Shown here piece after piece: positions 56,901 through 64,000 of a stretch of DNA of 64,000 bases; the first letter of the stretch is position 1, and the number at the start of each line of letters is the position of its first letter. Source of the stretch: Laetmonice hystrix (lineage: Eukaryota); contig OZ249443.1 in assembly GCA_965235115.1 (NCBI GenBank), positions 6,882,001-6,946,000 of the forward strand, read 5' to 3'. The notes beneath the pieces were generated by a model. It was not told where the DNA came from, made no database searches, and worked only from the letters and a program-made list of their open reading frames with translations. The translations under genes were made by a program, and so were the position numbers.

Positions 56901-59900
56901 GTAAACATTTTGTAATCGGGGCAGGTACAATCTCGTGCTGCATGTCAGCCATGCATTGCCTCTACTTCTAAACCAGTCCAGTAACAGTCTACTCGTTCAG
57001 ACCTCAAGGCCTCAGATAGGCTTACATGCTTGAAAAACTGCATTCACTTGAGCAAATGTACCTTCTTGGTGACCTTCTGGACTACCATCAAATGATAATA
57101 CATATATAAACGTATCGCACTTTTGCCAGAATGCAAAGGTTCCCTTCCTCTGCTTGCATTACTGCACCTCCCAGTGCTATGATCACTCATTTCATGCATT
57201 TAATTGGTCGAAGGAAAATTTAATAATGGACCCCAAATGCTTTGTTAATAGGCGAATAATTAGGGCGTTTTGGATCTTCTGTTCTTCTATTTTTGTCATT
57301 GACGGTTACTTTGTTCCTATTATTACCACTGCTGCGCAAAACTAAGGCACGTTATTGCCACATCACTGTTGATCGCCCCAAGTGATAACTCAATTAACTC
57401 TTGCTTTTACCTCAATAACTGAAGCTATTTCTTTCATATCTCAGACATAATAACATTATAAAGTAAACATTAAAGGTGGAAGAAAGCAATGTGCCTCAGG
57501 GCACATGAAATTGTGCTGGCCAATCACATGCCCGTACTCTGATTGACGGGACTGGTTGGCCTATCAAGGCAAAGATAAGAAATGTCAAGCACCAGGCCTG
57601 GATTTCATGTCGCATTTCGCGTCAGCTTTATAGCACCTGGTCCCGCACGCTGAGAGTGCCAGCTTCGCCGGACGAGGTAGTTGGTGGGGTGGGCGGGGGT
57701 GTGGGAGGCCAAGGGGAGGGGGAGGGTGGCGGTAATGCCCTGATTAAGGGGGATCACCGGGCGGTGGGGGGCAGCCAGTGCCATCAGTCAAAAGGCGGAT
57801 CACCACCTGCTGGTGAATCAGGTGCAGATTTCCTGCTGGAATTTCATGTTCGTCTTGGGAGTCTACAGGATGTCGGGGCGCAGTCCGTCTGCAACTTTAT
57901 TTCCAGAGCCAGCCTGAGGAATGCCGCCATGTCCTAGGTTTGACCTTCCTACAGTAACGGACATACGCGGCTGGCGAGGATTTGTGGCGATAAATGCTTC
58001 CAACCACTCTTGATCATATTCAAAGCCGGAATAGATGCTTTACATTTCTTCATGCCTTTGATAAGGGGGCCTATTTTTTTCTGGAATCAAAAGGGGAATA
58101 ACAACAATGATAAAAAACAAAATCCCATCTAATGTCATTTAGATTAGAAGTAACCTGATACAGGTTCCATAGATGTCAAATCACGACAGTAGGTAACTAA
58201 AAGATATGACAAGTTGGAAAATTTGGATCTTCTGATAATGGTGCAGATATTGAAAATGCAATATTTGTAAAATACCATTAAGTCGTTTCTGTTTAGTTGC
58301 TATCAGTCAAGGCATCACTGTAGCCACTGACTGCCCAACACTTCCAGGATGTTCGAGATATTTTGGGGTACGCTATAATCAAAATTGCCTAAAGGTCTTC
58401 TAAGATATTGGTAAGTCATGGCGTGTATAATATTCAGTGAAGTATGACCAACTTATCGAGTCAAACGAGAATCGTTTATTTAAAACTCTCTGAGGGGTCT
58501 CCGTAAGAAAAATTCCACAACGTTCAGCAAAGGTCATGGTGATAGGCCCCACACCGAGAATGTCGGTCAGTGAAACGCTCTTCAACCTGCAAGTCCGGGC
58601 TATATTTCCATCTCCAACTCATTCCCCTGACCTGACACTTGGGTCACTGGAGAAATCACTAATAGCGTCTCAAATAATATGACTACGCATAGAAGATGAG
58701 TCCCTGAGTCAAGGGGCTTTGAAAGGTCAGCACACAGCTAGGTGCTATTAATGTACAATGTATTTAACTTCTGATCTTCTGTTTGTCATCACAACTATGG
58801 GGATGGCGGACGTAAAAGTGGAATACCATCTACATGTTAGGGACCGGAGGGGACCCCATGTAGTCTGACGGCAAAGGTGGGGTGGTTATTCTAGGCAATC
58901 AGAAATAAAACTGACGAGCTGTTTGGGCAGGCTCCATTAGGCTGACTGACACCTGGCGTTGACCCCATCTTTGTGGCTGTAATGGGTAGTGAAGCAGCAA
59001 TACCCACTATACTTTTGCCCTTTTCCTTTACCTTCAAGATTAGACAGGCGTGATGATACAACTGGGCAAAGGAAAAAACCGGGCCGGGGTAAGCCTCACT
59101 ACCAAAAAAAATAAATAAAAAATACACACACAAAAATCTTGTTTGGTATTGTTTTCATTTGGTGTATGTGTGGTATAACTCATCTCTCCAGTATATGTGA
59201 AGTCAAGATTTTGAAGGAGAGAGAACATAGCCCCCCCGCGGCTCACACAACCTGTCAGCCGCCGGTTCGACCTCCAGCGAGGCATCCTGACATTCACAGC
59301 GCCTGACTACAGACAGAACACCCCACTATGTACTTCACTACTCGAGATGCCTTTCCGAATAGATATGATTTGTAATACACTAAGTTAAAAAATGCTATTG
59401 GTACTTGAATGTTATTGAATATTGAATGTTGGTATTTTAATGACCTTTTTATTCATCCTATGGTGACTCCAACAGCCATGTACGACCCCCTTGCGATATT
59501 TGAATAGGGTTTTGTTAGATTCTAGTTGCACGTTATGCTTGCTGAACTAGTGTCATCAATTCTTCTCTCCAACGCTAAATAGAAGCCGAGGGACAAGAAA
59601 ATCAGTTTGTAGGGCAAAATAATCAAAATAGGTGGCCATCTGTCTCCAATGTGGGTCCCTGAAGGAACAGCCGTCACTCGAGATTCTCGACGTCAAATTC
59701 CCAACCATAACTCTATATCTGCGTCATGATGAATATTTCATGCCATCCCCAGTGGTGCTAACATTGAAGTACGAGCCATAAATCTTAACACCGGAACTAG
59801 ACAAGTCGGGACTTATCGCAGACGTGTTCAGTAGACTTGCCATTACATATTAATACATGTATTAGTACGTAAGACATTGGCCTACACATCCAGCTGTAGA

Positions 59901-60498
59901 TGGTCTCACCAGGTTACAGACATTCCACCTGTACATGACCTATGTCACCTTGATCCTCCTGCCCAACATCCAAGCCATCCCTTCTCTCCCTACCAGACTC
60001 TTACATCACATGCAATCCTACAATCCAATACGGCTTTATCCATCCCACCTGTGCGCTCCCTCCCCCCTCCGGCTGCCATCGCCTCGTCTCTCACCTGTAG
60101 ACTGGAGAACGTGTGTACTTAGTTTACCCAAAACACCTGGGAGGAAAATGGTGGACGGGTTGGTTGGGCCTCCTCTCCATCTGTTTACCATTCTGTCACC
60201 CTTTCTGATGTCTAGGAAGTACGTCTGTGACCAGAACAAAGCGACTGCAGTTTTCTCTTTCCGCGAAGTCGATGGAGAAGCCCGACAAAAATAAGCCACT
60301 CCAAACCTCTCTAAATTTAGGCGTTGTTTGTTGCCCACAAAAACACTACAGAACATGTTGTTTTACTTATCCTTGATCATCAAACAAAAATTGAGGTCTC
60401 CCCCCAAAAAACAAAGGTCGGCATTTTTCATGTCCATAAAACCTAGCTAATGCTTTGTGTTTTCTTTTTGCCGAGTGCCACCCCGTTCTTAGACGACG

Positions 60499-60534
60499 TG
60501 ACGTCAGAGCAGACCGTGTTGTAGCCTTGGCAAC
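60499..60534. promoter_or_regulatory. Clustered CRE (TGACGTCA) and RFX X-box-like (GTAGCCTTGGCAAC) motifs
   Basis: Perfect CRE palindrome at 60499-60506; 12/14 match to GTTGCCATGGCAAC at 60521-60534. Confidence 0.3.
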
Positions 60535-63500
60535 ATCCTGCAGACACTGTTAGGATGTACTTACTGAGTTATAAATGGATATTCACAAAGTTTGCTGGGA
60601 TACCAGTCTGTCTGGTATCACCGCCAAACGGTATGGACATTTGGTATCCATTGCTACAAACCCTCGCCACGCTCCGTTTTTGGAGAATCGAGTATGTTAA
60701 ATGTCTATCATGCAAGCCAACCATGAATCACGACACAACTAAAGTGAAATGGCCTCGATAATGTATTTGTAGCTCGACTTTTTACGGATGTGGTTTTAGT
60801 GTCGCTAGTAGTTTCCTCGCTATGACCTTGTATGTTGGGGAAGCGTCAACTCCTAATCCAAGTCCCAATCCCGGAGGCGCTAGTGGCTGCCTGGAGATGG
60901 GGTTGGCCAAATGGGTAAAAAATCAATTCACATTGTTGTACCGGCAAAAATCGTAGTGTGGGAATGGGGGCGAATCAAATACATTTCTAAGCTTTCTCTG
61001 GAAAAAATATTTCTAACAACCTGGAAATGTGAATTTCCCTGGAGTTAACTCAATTCTGCAACAGTACGACACAACGCAGAAGGCGGTTTCTTCCCCCACT
61101 GGCTGACCATTCTGCAGCTGCGATCATCTGTAAATACCATGTCAATACAATATCGGCTCCGGCAGAGCCTATTTTTGTTGATTTTTTAAAAATAATTCTT
61201 AAAAATGCTGAGAAGAAGCTATGCTCTTCGTTTTTAAGTGTGGATGCCGATCCTCGGATAAGTTCGACGCATCCTGTATCCCGTCTCGTCCGTGAAAACC
61301 CCTTTCCGCCCAGGTTCCACGGTACAGCGTGGTCCCACGGAGGGACAATAGAATCTGGACCGGAGTGCAAGGCCCTGCTAAGTGCTGCTCATCATGATAC
61401 AGTTAACTTTTCACTTACCACAGCCTCCGTTAACACGGCGGCTAATGGTCTATTCCCAAGCTTCCCTCAGGTTGTTCATTTCTCACTTCCGACCCTTCCA
61501 GCAGGTACTTTGCACTAAATCTAGTAGCCACACCACGGGTTTTATTCTACATTAGTTAAGACAATAAAGGCACCAGCAACCACGCACCTCCGTTTAACGG
61601 TTTAAAAGTCTCATCTGAAGAGCATATGGTCGGAATTAATTTTATCTCACAATTTCAGCGGGGTATTAAAGCTACATGACGAACAAGTTGTAGATATAGG
61701 GCATACTTGAGTCTCCACGTTAGAACTGCCTTTATCATGAGAGGGTGTGATTGCCAGATGAGAAACATAACTATCCATGTCAACAAACGGCCTCACCAAA
61801 ATGAAGAAGGCTCAGTTCGACGCCATAAACAGCTGATTTCCTAGGTTTCCTTTAAGAGCTCGGAGTGTTAAAAATTTTACAAACCGCTCACAACATGTTC
61901 TGCTATCTCCTAATGTGAAGTCAAGATGCGCGCGTGCCAACACAGTGACCTGTAACAGTACGGAAGGAAATATTTATTTCTACATTTAGCAAAAACAAAT
62001 GAGTCCATATGGTGTAACTCTGCTGTCCAACAACCCCGGATGGATAACATCTGGCCTCACTAAACCCACTCTAAACATGCTTGATTGGCCAGAGCTTTTT
62101 AACCAATGAGAGTACCGACAATCATTTGGTGCTGAGTCGACGTGTAAACAAGTCATCATGACGGCCATCCTGGCTGCCTGCCTTTCTCTACTCGATTATA
62201 TCTGTCAGCAGTTCTCTGGTAACCAGAGCCCTGTTAAAAATACTGCCAGTGTGTGGAGGCTGAGACAGTCGGGGTGCGAGAAAACGGACTGTTTACGACA
62301 CCATCGACAGCAGTCTCGGGCAGAATGGCGAGCAGTCTCGGGCAGAATGGCAGCGTGCCGCATCACAAAGCCACATGTAAACTGAGACCACGGACGACGG
62401 GTGGCAGTGGCTTCACAATCGGTCACATTTCAAAGCCTATGGCAATAATACCTGGGGTATTGGTTTCCCTGACACTTGATACCTAAACTGTGACACCTCA
62501 TGTGGTATCAGATCGGCCAAACTGATCCATCAAAGGCTTGAACCGAGTCAGAGATCATTAAAATATATTCCTGGCGTTTTTGATGAAATACTTACATCAG
62601 AAACCTGGTTCAATTTATCAGCTGATCCGCAACCCGAACTTGGAATAATGTCTTGCAACCATAGGATTTTTTGTAATATTTAAATGATATGATTTTTATT
62701 TCGGTTCTGTGTTTTGCACAGCCCACCCAGATGCCGTGTGCATGGCTCACAGGATCGACAGAACTGGGCCTGTATTATGTCCGGCAGTATTGGTAATGTT
62801 GGCCTGTATATGGTGTGAGGGGTCAGCAATGTTTAAAATCTGTGGTATGGCCTGTAATATCTGCTAAAACTATATACCGGGTTGGCTGCAGAAAGATCTA
62901 TTAAATTTTAAGAGACGGACAGACTGTAGAATCGGAACACTTGTAAATGACAGCAACCCGCGGTTGATGTAAGAAAAATAGAAAGAGGAAAACCATGTGG
63001 AGAAAACGGATCCCTTTTTTTGTAAAACCACTTTCTCTAATTTCTACAACTATGTTACTATAAAGTACAATGTCAGTTCAAGCCTGACAAAATCTCTCAA
63101 TATCAAGAAGACTTCCAACTCTGTTCCCACCCTCACCAGGCCAGACCCGGCCTGTCGTGTTGATCTATTCCTGCCAACCTCTGTCAACCCTCAGCCGTAC
63201 AGGATGTCCAGCTACTTTACCATTCTCTCCCGCCCGGAAACACTTCTGACCTTACACGGCCGCCCTCCCTCACGGTGCTACAGAGGGTCTGCCAGTGCAA
63301 TCCATCATCTCCAACCACGGAATATGGTTTGCACGGATAACAAAACCGCTGGAAGCCAGGTCTATGAGGCAATGTTTATCATCATCAATCAACTGGGCTG
63401 AACATGGCTCAGTGTAAAATACACCACTGCTAATGGATTTATTTGGCTGTCATCAAGGACCAAACGGCCCACACTTATCAGGTCCAATGAGTGGTCGCAG

Positions 63501-64000
63501 TGCTGAGTGGTTGTTGTATGGAGCCTCACTGCCCACTCTTACCGGGACGTGGCCGGCTTGCGAGATCTACTTGTCGAGGTGTTAACGAACTGCGTGAGGG
63601 TCATGAAAGCGGGACCTGGCAAGTGGTTGGTTAATTGTGTGCTGGTAACTTGGTTCTTGTTCATGTCCTCCTTGGTGAACAGGGTGGTATGGTTCACTCC
63701 GCTCCCAATGTAACCATACGTTAATTATCACAGTAACAAATCTAGGTTACAAAACACCGAGTTCTGTTGTTTCGCCTCTCTCCCCAACCCATCCATCAAC
63801 TCACATGATCTCCTCCATGCTAGCAAGCCATAACCCTGGGACAACCATCTCTCTTTTAACGTCAGCCAAATCTCAGAAAATGTATAGCCACAATATTATC
63901 TGAAGGTCAAGGTACTCCAGACAATCCGACACAATGTCCACTCCAAGCTGAAGGCACCCCAGACTAATGCCACTCTCCAAGCTCAGGCTACACCAGACCA

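Noticed and set aside
63540-63710. Minus-strand open frame MNKNQVTSTQ...KPATSR ending at a CG|gtaaga donor
   Set aside because: Phase 2 is incompatible with direct joining to the phase-0 exon at 47906, and there is no homology support.

Overview
Eukaryotic (metazoan, probably marine-invertebrate-like) genomic DNA of moderate GC, with spliceosomal GT-AG introns and one 541-nt assembly gap (36570-37110). I reconstructed two multi-exon genes by hand, both on the minus strand. (1) A complete AP-3 complex mu subunit gene (AP3M, 167-17443; 13 coding exons per isoform, 418 aa). It carries a tandemly duplicated 125-nt exon pair (13452-13576 and 11939-12063) with the hallmarks of mutually exclusive splicing. 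The two versions differ mainly in the charge of the longin-to-MHD linker helix. This is the most interesting signal in the window. (2) The 3' 692 codons of a CIZ1-like matrin-type zinc-finger gene (21419-47906; 9 exons), with three U1/matrin-like fingers, an acidic TVDA motif, a polyQ exon, an (S/T)PxK repeat exon, a C-terminal matrin finger and an Arg/Gly tail. Its 5' exons were not found. The introns hold six minisatellite arrays, a nested pair of non-autonomous DNA transposons, other MITE-like hairpins and decayed LINE fragments. Several CTCF-like motifs are scattered through the window. Most ORF-track entries are intronic or repeat-derived noise. No rRNA, tRNA or CRISPR array was supported.
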